Shown here piece by piece: positions 41,623 through 51,044 of a DNA stretch of 64,000 nucleotides; the first letter of the stretch is position 1; each line of letters opens with the position of its first letter. Both the position numbers and the translations under genes were made by a program. The stretch covers positions 22,224 to 86,223 of the forward strand of contig LSSJ01000002.1 of assembly GCA_001595785.1 (NCBI GenBank), given 5' to 3'. The notes under the pieces were generated by a model. It saw nothing but the letters and a program-made list of their open reading frames with translations, was not told where the DNA came from and did no database searches. The DNA is from Euryarchaeota archaeon SM23-78 (GTDB lineage Archaea > Nanobdellota > Nanobdellia > Woesearchaeales > SM23-78).

Positions 41623-42384
41623 TTAAGGTCCTAGTTCAATATAAAAGTAATAAGTTGTTCCACTTGAACTCTCATTCTCAGCAACTATGGCTTGGAAGTC
41701 ATAAGTAGCATTATTAACCTCAAAACCCCATGAGTTGTCATTTATTAAAGATGTATAAATAAAATTAGTACCATCATGTAAGGCTACTTCCTGGAAATCA
41801 GCAGTAGGACTAGGATCTTGCTTAGTATTATTCACCCAAGTAGCTAAAGCCCGACAAGCACCCTGAGCAAAAGGCGTGCCTGCTGTACTAAAAGCTTTGT
41901 GAGCGTTTACTGAAGTATTAAAGGTGTTGTTAATATTATAAGGAACATTATTAGGTAATCCTAAGGCGCCTTATTCTGTGAGCATACGAGCATTTGTAGC
42001 ACAACTTACATTTGAAAAGTTTATGGCATTGCTCCTGGTAATGTATACCTCTCCTTCAACAGTTCCTCCTGAAGGCCATTCGTAAATACTATAATTATAT
42101 CCATTCTGCAACACATACTTTCCTGTGACATTTCCAACATAGGCCTTCCAAGCATCAGTTTGTTGTTCAAGATCTAGATTTATAGTCACAATAACTCCTC
42201 CATCATCTGTCCTGCTATCAGCGGTTCTATTAGGTCCATTATCAACATCAGGGGTTCCTGATATTGTTGCTCCTTGAGGATCAGCATAGGCAAGGTATAA
42301 TGATAAACCACAAAGGATTAGGGTTAACACTAGGTAAATCATTAGGATTCTGGTTGTTCTTGTGTATGGTTTTTTATTTGTCAC
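41623..42384 (-). pseudogene. Family A subunit A3 interrupted by an in-frame TAA at 41971-41973
   Basis: Reading through the stop gives continuous homology (..MLTE*GALGLPNNVPYNINNTF...CRALATWVN...FQE...YDFQ...TTYYFYIELGP) in one frame. Confidence 0.8.
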
Positions 42385-42450
42385 TATCCTCGCCTTTCCT
42401 CAAATTAAACTTTCATTGACTTGTTTTATCTGCCTCTATAAACTCGTTAT

Positions 42451-43176
42451 TTAGCTTAGCTCAATGTAAAAGTACACAGTAGTTGTTCCTGCAGCGTCTG
42501 ATTCTCCAACTAGGAGCTGGAAGTCATGTGTTGATCCGTCAAATCCTGTTTCAGTGTCATTAATCAGGGTGGTATAAACAGCATCTCCTTCTGCGTCTGT
42601 TAGTAGTACCTGATAAAATGCATCTGCTGATGGACTACCACCGGCATCATAGGTGTTTGTAGCATTACAACCAGTAATACCTGATACACTTCCAACATTG
42701 AAGGTTGGGTGCGTGGTACTGGTGTAAGTATTGTTTATTCTGTCTGAGTCATCTGGGTCTATTCCTAGAGTACCCTCAATAGCAAGTGCTTCAGCTTCAC
42801 TAGCACATCCAATTCCACTCCAACTCACAGTGCCATCAGCAGAGGCAAATACTTCGCCTGCAATTGAGCCTCCTAGACCAGTCCAATCATAGAACACATC
42901 ACCATTACTATTCTCTAAGGTGAGGTTCCCTGATATCTCACCATAGAAACCAGCCCAGTGCTCTGTTATTTTTGTTCCAGAGATGTTTATCTCTGTTACA
43001 TTTCCAGCCTGGACTGCAATGCTATCAGGCGAGCCACCACTAAGATTGGCTCTGCTTGAAGCAACCAAATCTACTCCTGCTCCTTGTACTCCAAAAACCA
43101 GTGTTATCCCTGTATAGAGTAATCCCAAAACTATCATTAACAAAACTGCTTTTTTAACATGGTTTGTATACCTCAT
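42451..43176 (-). CDS. Secreted family A subunit A4 (in frame with upstream HTH gene)
   Basis: Internal signal peptide (KKAVLLMIVLGLLYTGITLVFG). QGA, AGNVTEIN, WAGFYGEISG.LTL, HDFQLLV, TT.YFYIELS. Confidence 0.8.
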   Translation of the reverse strand: MRYTNHVKKAVLLMIVLGLLYTGITLVFGVQGAGVDLVASSRANLSGGSPDSIAVQAGNVTEINISGTKITEHWAGFYGEISGNLTLENSNGDVFYDWTGLGGSIAGEVFASADGTVSWSGIGCASEAEALAIEGTLGIDPDDSDRINNTYTSTTHPTFNVGSVSGITGCNATNTYDAGGSPSADAFYQVLLTDAEGDAVYTTLINDTETGFDGSTHDFQLLVGESDAAGTTTVYFYIELS

Positions 43177-43767
43177 TTTAAGTGCATAGAACTCAGAGGA
43201 TTTTTTGTTAAGAACTTTGCTTAACTCATATTTTGTTTTTATATCAAAGAATACTGTTTTTGAAATCCCTTCGGGGTTTTTTATTAAAACTTTTTTTAGT
43301 TGTGTTTTCAGATTTTGATCATCTGAAACCATCACTAAATTTATGTTATCAGAATTTGTAAGGTCAAGCAACATAGCATCTATCTTGTTTATATGTTCTT
43401 CTGCATGCCAGAAAGCCTTTTCAAGGTAGTAGTGAAGCTCTGGCTTATCAAGGAACCATATTTTCAGGATTATCTTATTGTAATCACTTAATTTGTGAAA
43501 CTTTTTATCTACAAAGTCTTGGGTGCTTGCTATTAAGAAAGAATGATTTCCAGCCAGAGAGTAGAGCAGCCTTGGCTGCCCCTTATCCCTGTTGGAAATC
43601 CTTTTGCTTTGAACAAGACCGGCCATCTCTAGAAGACGTAGTTGCTGACTTATGTTTGCAACTGAGGTGTTGGACAGTTTTGCCAGCTGGAGTGGAGACT
43701 TGCTTCCTGAGGAGAGTATCTTCAGGATGTCCCATTTAGAGGCCGTAAAAAGGGTTTCTTGTTCCAT
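43177..43767 (-). CDS. ArsR-like wHTH transcriptional regulator (no stop; reads into A4)
   Basis: WDILKIL...SPLQLA....SVANISQQLRLLE.AGLV.......G.PR.LYSL motif. Confidence 0.75.
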
Positions 43768-44055
43768 TTTGTTTTTTTATGCTTGCAACGGTGTTGATTA
43801 TAAAACCAATTCCCGCCGTTTTTAGACGACAGGAATTGTTTAATGGCTTCCAGTAGCGTTTCACTATTTTTTATTATCTTGGTATACTTTTTGGTATAAT
43901 AAAATCCTAATAGCACAACTCATATTTAAATATTTCGGTTTTTAGTTAACTACTGTACCTAAACAAATTATGAATTAAGAAAATAAAGAAAATACACTAA
44001 TTTATTAAAAAGTGAATTAGAGGGTTAGAAGGCTTAAAAATGCAGAATTTGAAAA

Positions 44056-44225
44056 TTGAGTTTAAAAAGGCCTACTCCGATTTGCTCACAAAATGTTCGC
44101 AAAGCTCCGCCGTGCCATGCAAAACAGCAAAAATAAAATTTTTGAGCATACAAAGCAAAAAACTTTGTATACAGCAAAAAAGCTGTTGTTGCATATGATG
44201 GCTGCGACGGCCTTTTTAAACTCAA
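44056..44225 (-). repeat. Dispersed structured element, copy D (minus strand)
   Basis: 17-bp inverted arms TTGAGTTTAAAAAGGCC. Minus strand reads CC-GTCG..GCC...GGC-ACGGC-GGAGC...CGGAGTAGG. Confidence 0.7.
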
Positions 44226-44244
44226 AAAAGTTAATAAAAAAACC

Positions 44245-45018
44245 TCAGCCCAGCTCAGCCCAGAAATAATAAGTTATTGAAGTGTCTCCAGGATCATCTG
44301 GGACTATGAACTGGAAATCATAAGTGCCAACATCAAAGCCTGGCTCATTGTTCTCTAGGAGTGTTGTAAACACTAGATTTAATCCATCAGATAAAAGTAT
44401 CTCTTGAAACGTAGCGCTTTCATCAGCTGGCTGAGCACTATCATTAACATAGGTTGCTATGGCATAGCAAGAGCTATTACTAATTGTGCCAGTTCCTCCT
44501 ATTACAAATGATTTATGTACTTGCTGGTCAAAGGTATTGCTTATGCTATCATCAGTGCTAGAGTTTATATTCAAAGTTGTTTCTTCTGCTGAGATGTTGC
44601 CATCATTTGCACATGCTAGTGAGCTAAAGCTGACCGAGTCATTCCTTGAAACATATACTTCTCCTTGGACTATTGTTATTGCCCAGTCATATATAGTATA
44701 ATTATATGAGTTGTCCAAAGTTATTTTTCCTGTGACATTTCCAACATAAGCCTTCCATTTACTAGTCTGAGAGGTTACATTCAGCACTAGGGTTGTGAAG
44801 GAACCTCCTGCTGCTGTATGAGAATCTACTGGTCTAACACTAGCATTTTCAGTTTGATTAAGGGTTATTTTTGCTCCTTGTGGCACAGCAAACACAGGGA
44901 TTTGATTACCAAAGAGTGCAAGAGCTAGTATAGTGAGGAGTAGGAAGATTATGCTTGTCTTCCTTGCTACACTAATTATATTCTTATTTTTTAGATTCAT
45001 CTTTTTTATTTTTCTCAA
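44245..45018 (-). CDS. Secreted family A subunit A5
   Basis: Signal peptide, PQGA, WKAYVGNVTG.ITL, two Cys, SISNTF, FQEILL, YDFQFIV, TYYFWAELG. Start may be ATG 45000. Confidence 0.8.
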   Translation of the reverse strand: MRKIKKMNLKNKNIISVARKTSIIFLLLTILALALFGNQIPVFAVPQGAKITLNQTENASVRPVDSHTAAGGSFTTLVLNVTSQTSKWKAYVGNVTGKITLDNSYNYTIYDWAITIVQGEVYVSRNDSVSFSSLACANDGNISAEETTLNINSSTDDSISNTFDQQVHKSFVIGGTGTISNSSCYAIATYVNDSAQPADESATFQEILLSDGLNLVFTTLLENNEPGFDVGTYDFQFIVPDDPGDTSITYYFWAELG

Positions 45019-45526
45019 ACTTTTTTTTAGCTCTTGAATGGACAGTCCATACTGTTCTTTGGTCTTTGTTTAGTATGCGTGCAATTTCAGAATACTTCAT
45101 CTCAAGATTCTTGAGATAGTGAACAAGGGCTTCTAGGATGCTGAGTCTTCTGTCTCTAAAGATGCTTAGAGGAACCTGAATATCTACTTGGATGTCTGTT
45201 TCTTCAAACACAAAGGCTTTTTTCTTCTGAACAGACCTATATGTAACCCATATTGTTTTAGGGTCTCGGTTTAGAAGCAAGGCTATCTGCTTATTAGTCT
45301 TGTGCAGGTTTTCTTTAAGGTATTTTACAATGATTTGTAGAGGAGTAAGCCTGTTTTTGAAAAGAGTGACTGGAAGATATATCTCATCCTCGTATTTTAG
45401 GTTTAGATAGAAAACAGAGGGTGTCTCACTGATTGAATCTTCTGTTTTGAATTGATTTGAAATCCTTTGCTCAGAGATACTATACTCTAGATTAGTGCTG
45501 TTAATGAAAAAATCTGGCTTTTCCAT
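44984..45526 (-). CDS. Tandem HTH (sigma70 region 4-like) DNA-binding protein
   Basis: Two repeats of P...F..R..L...V.YLK......IA..LN(R/K)D..T(I/V)W.. Confidence 0.75.
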   Translation of the reverse strand: MEKPDFFINSTNLEYSISEQRISNQFKTEDSISETPSVFYLNLKYEDEIYLPVTLFKNRLTPLQIIVKYLKENLHKTNKQIALLLNRDPKTIWVTYRSVQKKKAFVFEETDIQVDIQVPLSIFRDRRLSILEALVHYLKNLEMKYSEIARILNKDQRTVWTVHSRAKKKFEKNKKDESKK

Positions 45527-45541
45527 GGAATAATCTTATAA

Positions 45542-45624
45542 TGTAAGTATTTATTTATAAATTTTACCATTATTCAAGCTTATTTTATGTTATATGTAAG
45601 TAATTTGTTCATATTTTGTAAGTA
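45542..45624. promoter_or_regulatory. Three TGTAAGTA direct repeats in the divergent promoter region
   Basis: TGTAAGTA at 45542, 45595 and 45617, between the tandem-HTH gene and 45717. Confidence 0.4.
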
Positions 45625-45716
45625 TATATTTAAGGAAATTTAAAAAACAGAAAAGACAGGGTGCAAAACAAAAGGTTTATATAGAACAAATCAAAAGAGA
45701 AGAAGAGGATAAAGGG

Positions 45717-47516
45717 ATGGGTATGATAAAACCAATTAATTTTTCAAAAAACATAGTGCTGTATCTCTTAACATTAATACTAATCCTCTTAATGCCAATT
45801 TGTGTGATGGCTCAAGACCATATTATAGCTAACTCAGCAGACTGGAGGGATGTTTACTCAACAACCCTGTATGCAAATTTACTTGGAATACCAAACAACT
45901 TCTTAACAAGCACACCTCATGGTCCAATAGTGCTTTATGAAATACCTAAAAGCAGGCAAAATATACAGATAATAACCTCTGCTGACAGGCCCTATGTTGT
46001 AGGATATGAATCACTAATCAGAGGCAGAGGATATGAAAATCCTGAAGAGCTAATATTTAACCAAGCAAACCTAGAACTAGCTAGAAGACTACCTGATGTC
46101 AACAAGTACATAATCATTGATGATTCCTATGGATATAATGCTATAGCAGTGGCTCCTTATGCTGCAAAAGCCAATTATTATGTGTTATTTGCAGATGACA
46201 GGAATATTGGAGAAGTAGATGATTTCTTATCCACCAAGAACGTTGCAGATATAATAATATATGGTCATGTAGATAGAGAAGTAAGAAGCACTCTAGCCAA
46301 ATATGATTCTGAGATTATAAACAGTGAAACTGGAAGCAGGTTTGAGAACAATGCAATGATGGTTGATAAGTATAATGAGATAGGTAGCATAAAACAAGTA
46401 ATCCTGACAAATGGTGAGTTCATAGAAGCCAGTATGTTAAGTGGAAACGAACCAGTCTTGTTCATAGGAACCAACAATGTTCCTGATGAGATACAGGATT
46501 ATATACAAGATAGAGATATAGAAATAGGTGTTCTTATAGGGAATGAGTTAATAGGCACAGCTACTTTTATAAGAAGACAATTAGGAATAAGCGTGTTTGT
46601 TAAATTTGCAAGAGGATCACGGGTTCCAGGGGGTACCATAAACCCTGTAGAAGATTTAGACAGATTTCCAATGCCCAGCTATACCTTAAGCATGAGTATT
46701 ATATCAATAGTATATAACCAGGCTACTGGGCTTCTTGAAGTAACATACAGTAACAACGTAGATCTTGCTACTTATTTCAAGTCAACCATCACGATAAGGG
46801 ATGATGCTGGTGAAACCCTTGCAGTGGTTGGTGATGAAAACCCTGTTTTTATTGATGGAGGTGAGACCAAGACTATTGTTTATGAAGTTGATTTATCAGA
46901 AGCTGAGAACACAGACAACTTAACTGGAGAAATATACACTATTTATGGTGAGTCAAAAACATCCCTAGAAAAAGCTCTGAGAGGGACTTTTAAAATAGAG
47001 ATAATAACTGTTATGGATGATGCTGATATAGAAATAGTAGATTTAGTTTATGACAAGGGCAGGGGAAGATTCCTAGTGACAATTGAGAACACAGGTCCTG
47101 TTGATGTCTATGTTGATGTTGAAATAGAAGACTTATGGTTCGATGGAGAATACATCACTGTAAGTGCAGATGAGATTGAAAAGATAGATGTTGGCAAGAA
47201 AAAAACCATTCCTATAAATATAAAACTAGAAGAAGAGGATTTAGAAGATAGAAGAAATTCTGAGGTAACTGTAAGAGGCATTTACGGAGAAAGAAAACAT
47301 GCCCTTGTAAAAAGCAAAGCCCGTACCTTTGAACTCAAATTAAGAAAAGGACTGCTCTGGTGGTACATACCCCTTATAGTTGGATTTGTTATAATTATTA
47401 TCATATTAATCTTATTATTATTAGGAAAAAGAAGAAAAAAGAGATGTAAAAGGTGTAGAACTCTTAATAAGAGTGATGCTACTCATTGTAAGAAGTGTGG
47501 TCATAAATTACATTAG
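45717..47516 (+). CDS. Membrane-anchored surface protein: cell-wall-binding-2 (COG2247)-like repeats, Ig-like domains, TM, C-terminal zinc ribbon
   Basis: Signal peptide. AIAVAPYAA....VLF, IIYG.V, GSRFE.N motifs. TM, then CKRC...CKKCG. Confidence 0.7.
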   Translation: MGMIKPINFSKNIVLYLLTLILILLMPICVMAQDHIIANSADWRDVYSTTLYANLLGIPNNFLTSTPHGPIVLYEIPKSRQNIQIITSADRPYVVGYESLIRGRGYENPEELIFNQANLELARRLPDVNKYIIIDDSYGYNAIAVAPYAAKANYYVLFADDRNIGEVDDFLSTKNVADIIIYGHVDREVRSTLAKYDSEIINSETGSRFENNAMMVDKYNEIGSIKQVILTNGEFIEASMLSGNEPVLFIGTNNVPDEIQDYIQDRDIEIGVLIGNELIGTATFIRRQLGISVFVKFARGSRVPGGTINPVEDLDRFPMPSYTLSMSIISIVYNQATGLLEVTYSNNVDLATYFKSTITIRDDAGETLAVVGDENPVFIDGGETKTIVYEVDLSEAENTDNLTGEIYTIYGESKTSLEKALRGTFKIEIITVMDDADIEIVDLVYDKGRGRFLVTIENTGPVDVYVDVEIEDLWFDGEYITVSADEIEKIDVGKKKTIPINIKLEEEDLEDRRNSEVTVRGIYGERKHALVKSKARTFELKLRKGLLWWYIPLIVGFVIIIIILILLLLGKRRKKRCKRCRTLNKSDATHCKKCGHKLH

Positions 47517-47563
47517 AAATACCTTATGAATATATTATATTAATAAAGAAAAAAGAAGAAATA

Positions 47564-47634
47564 AAAGCTCCCTATTGCGTTGTTGAGGAAAAAGGGGGAG
47601 GGTGGTTAATGAGAATTAACCAATAGGGAGCTTT
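47564..47634. terminator. Structured element between convergent genes (14-bp stem with inner hairpin)
   Basis: AAAGCTCCCTATTG/CAATAGGGAGCTTT arms with inner GGTTAAT-GAGA-ATTAACC. Confidence 0.5.
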
Positions 47635-47653
47635 CCTCTTCTTATCATGAACA

Positions 47654-48073
47654 TTATTTCTTTTTTAACACAAAGGGTCTGGGCGGCTTTCTAAGCTCTT
47701 GTAACCACATTAACCCTATTCTCATCATGTTCTTGTTGAACTTCTCACTTATCTTGTAAGTCTTTTTGTACAAGTCATAATCTATTAAGCCCATGGTCTT
47801 CATGGGTGTGAGGATTCTGTCATAAAACTGTCTCTTGTTGTATGAGATCTTTGTTTTTTTCTTAACACCAAGTCTCTCATTTGCTACTACTTCAACCTCT
47901 ACTCCTTCATGAAGAGCTGTTGCAAACATTGACATCTCTGTTTTTCCTATCTCTCCTTCTTTGTTCTTCATTTCCTCTATAAGCATCTTTGCAACTATCA
48001 CTTGTTGTTTTGTAGCAAAGATTATTTCATATATGTTTTCAGGTAGATTGTATTGGTCAAATAGGATTACCAT
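47654..48073 (-). CDS. Conserved wHTH-like protein (probably leaderless transcript)
   Basis: RQFYDRILTPMKTMGLI.Y....Y wing motif. TATA box ~25 nt upstream of the ATG. Confidence 0.65.
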   Translation of the reverse strand: MVILFDQYNLPENIYEIIFATKQQVIVAKMLIEEMKNKEGEIGKTEMSMFATALHEGVEVEVVANERLGVKKKTKISYNKRQFYDRILTPMKTMGLIDYDLYKKTYKISEKFNKNMMRIGLMWLQELRKPPRPFVLKKK

Positions 48074-48203
48074 AACCCTATATATAACATTACTAGTATA
48101 TAAATGTTTCGTTTCGTATACATTTTCGTATATTAGTTAATTAAAAAAATAAGTAAAAAAATAAGTAAATTTAAATATTTTAAAGTTTTAAATATAAAAG
48201 AGC

Positions 48204-48380
48204 ATGGAATTCAGGAGAAAACTATACACCCGGGGAAGCAGTTATGAGACTACAATTCCAATGCCCTTATTATTCTCACTTGATAAGAAAAAGAAATACG
48301 AAATAGTGTTTGTATTTGACCCTGATACAAATAAATGGTTTATAAGAATAGAGGAACAAAAGCAAAAAAAGAAAGATTAG
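48204..48380 (+). CDS. 58-aa AbrB-like DNA-binding protein (not in ORF track)
   Basis: Read directly: MEFRRKLYTRGSSYETTIPMPLLFSLDKKKKYEIVFVFDPDTNKWFIRIEEQKQKKKD*. Confidence 0.7.
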   Translation: MEFRRKLYTRGSSYETTIPMPLLFSLDKKKKYEIVFVFDPDTNKWFIRIEEQKQKKKD

Positions 48381-48383
48381 AAA

Positions 48384-49061
48384 ATGACAGAAAAAAACAG
48401 AAAAACAGAGGAAATCCTGATCTTAATAACGGTCCTCCTGCTTTTAACCCTAAGTATGTTAGTGTTTAACAAGGTTGTTCCTGAATCTTTTCAAAGCATA
48501 ACTGGCAAAGTGATAAGTAGGGTTAATATTACTCAATCAATACAAACAAATTGTAGCTTCACCCTTAATCAAGGACTTAATCTAGTGTCTTTTTTCTGTA
48601 TTTCTACCATGACATCAACAACAGACGTAGTTGGATCTCTTTCAAATTTAGAAGCAGTTTTTGAATACCAAGAAGGGAGTAGTGATCCATGGAAGATTTA
48701 CAATCCTAATCTACCAAGCTTTGTTATTTTAGACCTGAACTATATAAGTAGAAAAGAAGGTTATTGGGTGAAAATGCTGGCTAATGAAAACTTCCTTTTA
48801 GCAGGCGGTCTCAGGGTTCCAACTTATATAGACCTGGTTCTTGGGTGGAACCTAGCTGGTTATCCTACAAATGAAACCAAGGCAGCTAACCAGTCTTTTT
48901 GGTCAATTGATGGTAATTTCACAGAAGTAAGAACATACAATTCATCAAGTGGAAGTTTTATCAGCTATGTTCCTGGGGTTGGTGGAGCTCTTAATCAGAC
49001 AGAAGCCTATTATGGTTATTGGATTAATGCAACAGTTGGCGAGGTGTGGGTTGTTGATTAG
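48384..49061 (+). CDS. Secreted protein with two G(W/L)NL...GYW(V/I) repeats
   Basis: Signal/TM, ITG.V linker, then LNQGLNLVS...EGYWV and LGWNLAG...YGYWI. Confidence 0.7.
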   Translation: MTEKNRKTEEILILITVLLLLTLSMLVFNKVVPESFQSITGKVISRVNITQSIQTNCSFTLNQGLNLVSFFCISTMTSTTDVVGSLSNLEAVFEYQEGSSDPWKIYNPNLPSFVILDLNYISRKEGYWVKMLANENFLLAGGLRVPTYIDLVLGWNLAGYPTNETKAANQSFWSIDGNFTEVRTYNSSSGSFISYVPGVGGALNQTEAYYGYWINATVGEVWVVD

Positions 49062-51042
49062 CAATTATCAAAAATCAAATTTTTATATAATTTTAATTTT
49101 TATATTTATTTTAATATTAAATATAATTTTTGCATCCACTTTAGTTCTAAGTCTGCCTCCCTTACCAACAGAATTTTATGGAAAAGTAAGAGATTATAAT
49201 TATAATGGTTCTGTGGGTGAAGTTATTCGAGCTTATGATAGCTCTGGACTTCTGTGTGGCTCTTTTACAATTGTGAATGAAGGTTATTATGGTTCCCTTA
49301 CATGCAGAGGTGATGATCCTGAAACTGTTGCTGATGAAGGCGCTACTGCAGGTGAAAACATTATTTTCAGATACAAAGGTAGTTTTACAACTTTAAGAGG
49401 TAATAATACCTGGGGGTATGGTGTTTTTCAATATGTAAATATTACCTATCCTGTTGTTTACTGCGGTGATTACTTCTGTGATGCATGGTATGAGGACTAT
49501 TATAGTTGCCCTCAGGATTGCCCTTTTTATAATGGTAGTATAAATTATACTTTTAATTATACTAATGTAACCCCTGGCGGTGGGGCTGGTGAAGGAGGAG
49601 CAGGAGGAAGACAAGAAGGTGGAGGGCTTCTTGGTTTTATTCCTCAGTTCTATTTTAATTATACAGGATTAAATGAAACCGAGATTGGTTTGGGATTTAT
49701 ATGTAAAGAGGAGTGGGAGTGTGGTAACTGGTCTATATGTAGAATTGATGGTTTTCAAAACAGAACATGTATAGATAAGAATAACTGCGGTACTTTTGAG
49801 GACAAACCTCCTGAGGTCCAGAAGTGTATATACACCCCTACTTGTTTTGATGGTGTTAAGAATGGCTTAGAAGAAGGAATAGATTGTGGAGGTCTATGTG
49901 CCCCTTGTATTACTTGTTTTGACAGCATTCAGAACTGCCATGATGGAGCATGCGAAGAAGGAATTGATTGTGGAGGTCCCTGCCCTCCTTGTCCAACGTG
50001 TTTTGATGGTAAACAGAACTGTCATGACGGTAGTTGTGAGGAAGGAATAGATTGTGGAGGCCCTTGTGAGAGAAAATGTCTTGGAATCCAGATACCGATT
50101 CCAGGTTTTGAGTGTAAAAAGGATTTTAATCCTTTGTCTAATCAGAGTATTTTCTTTTTTATTATTATTCTTATCATAATTTTGATTAACATTTATTATT
50201 CATTAAAAAAGATTAAAGATATTGAAAAGAAGAAGAAACTGAGTGATATTCATAGAGCCAAAGCCATACTGTCTGTTAGGAGAAGAATGTATTTGTTTAT
50301 ATTCATAACCTTGCTAATCTCTTTGATATTATACTTGTATTATTATTTCTTTATAATGTGTGAAGTAGAATACCGTTTTTTATGGCTTCTTTTAATACTA
50401 TTATTTATTAGCCCGTTAATTATTCATGAATTAATTAGATTTCTTGAGTTTACTGAGAAAAAGAGATTAAAAAAGCTCGAGGAAGTATTAAATACTCATT
50501 ATAAACAGATAGAGAATCTTATTAGATTAGAGAACGAAAACTTAATAGAATTAGAAGAAGAACTTGCTGATGAACTGTACAGACTTTTAGAAAAACCAGA
50601 GTATAAAGCCAAAGAGAACTCTGAGGAGATGAAGCTTTTGAAAGATGTTTATAAAGAACTTGTGTTTTTGTATTCTAGGTATAAAGAAAGAGAAAATCCT
50701 ATAGAAAAGGAAAAAATCTTATGCGATGATATCTATAAACTTTTAGAAGATAAAAGATATGCTGAACTTGTTCAAAAGGATATCCGGCTTACACGTATTA
50801 TTTCTAAATTGAAACTTCTTTACAAGCAATACGAGGAAAAGCAAAAATTATATGATGAGATGGGTAAGATTGAGGAGTCAAAAGATGAGTTAGAACATGA
50901 GCTAAAAGAAGATAAAGAAAAAGAAGATTCAGACAAAGAAAAAGAAGATTCAAAAGATAAAGATGATAAGGGAGAGACTGAGGAAGTCGAAGAGGACTCT
51001 AATAAAGATAAAGAAGAGGTTAAAGAAGAGGTTGAGGAATAG
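49051..51042 (+). CDS. Membrane protein with Cys-rich extracellular repeats (TCFDG..N...EEGIDCGG.C x3), 3 TMs and acidic coiled-coil tail
   Basis: RBS GAGGTG before TTG 49051. Signal peptide, PTEFYG domain, Gly linker, C.E.W.C..WS.C, DCGG repeats. Confidence 0.78.
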   Translation: MLISNYQKSNFYIILIFIFILILNIIFASTLVLSLPPLPTEFYGKVRDYNYNGSVGEVIRAYDSSGLLCGSFTIVNEGYYGSLTCRGDDPETVADEGATAGENIIFRYKGSFTTLRGNNTWGYGVFQYVNITYPVVYCGDYFCDAWYEDYYSCPQDCPFYNGSINYTFNYTNVTPGGGAGEGGAGGRQEGGGLLGFIPQFYFNYTGLNETEIGLGFICKEEWECGNWSICRIDGFQNRTCIDKNNCGTFEDKPPEVQKCIYTPTCFDGVKNGLEEGIDCGGLCAPCITCFDSIQNCHDGACEEGIDCGGPCPPCPTCFDGKQNCHDGSCEEGIDCGGPCERKCLGIQIPIPGFECKKDFNPLSNQSIFFFIIILIIILINIYYSLKKIKDIEKKKKLSDIHRAKAILSVRRRMYLFIFITLLISLILYLYYYFFIMCEVEYRFLWLLLILLFISPLIIHELIRFLEFTEKKRLKKLEEVLNTHYKQIENLIRLENENLIELEEELADELYRLLEKPEYKAKENSEEMKLLKDVYKELVFLYSRYKERENPIEKEKILCDDIYKLLEDKRYAELVQKDIRLTRIISKLKLLYKQYEEKQKLYDEMGKIEESKDELEHELKEDKEKEDSDKEKEDSKDKDDKGETEEVEEDSNKDKEEVKEEVEE

Positions 51043-51044
51043 GT

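Noticed and set aside
17788-44225. Structured elements as hammerhead/hairpin ribozymes, tRNAs or CRISPR repeats
   Set aside because: There is no CUGANGA/GAAA core, GUC is base-paired, and there is no cloverleaf or T-loop. The copies are dispersed rather than regularly spaced.
38853-45018. Family A as type IV pilins or archaellins
   Set aside because: The hydrophobic segment precedes a signal-peptidase-I-like site (e.g. TSA-DP, VFA-VP) rather than following a class III K/R-G site. No PilB/PilC or prepilin peptidase is in the window.
45000-50000. Replication origin/terminus suggested by a shift from A/C-rich to T/G-rich plus strand
   Set aside because: The skew flips in patches within single genes, and no cdc6/orc1 gene or ORB repeats were seen.
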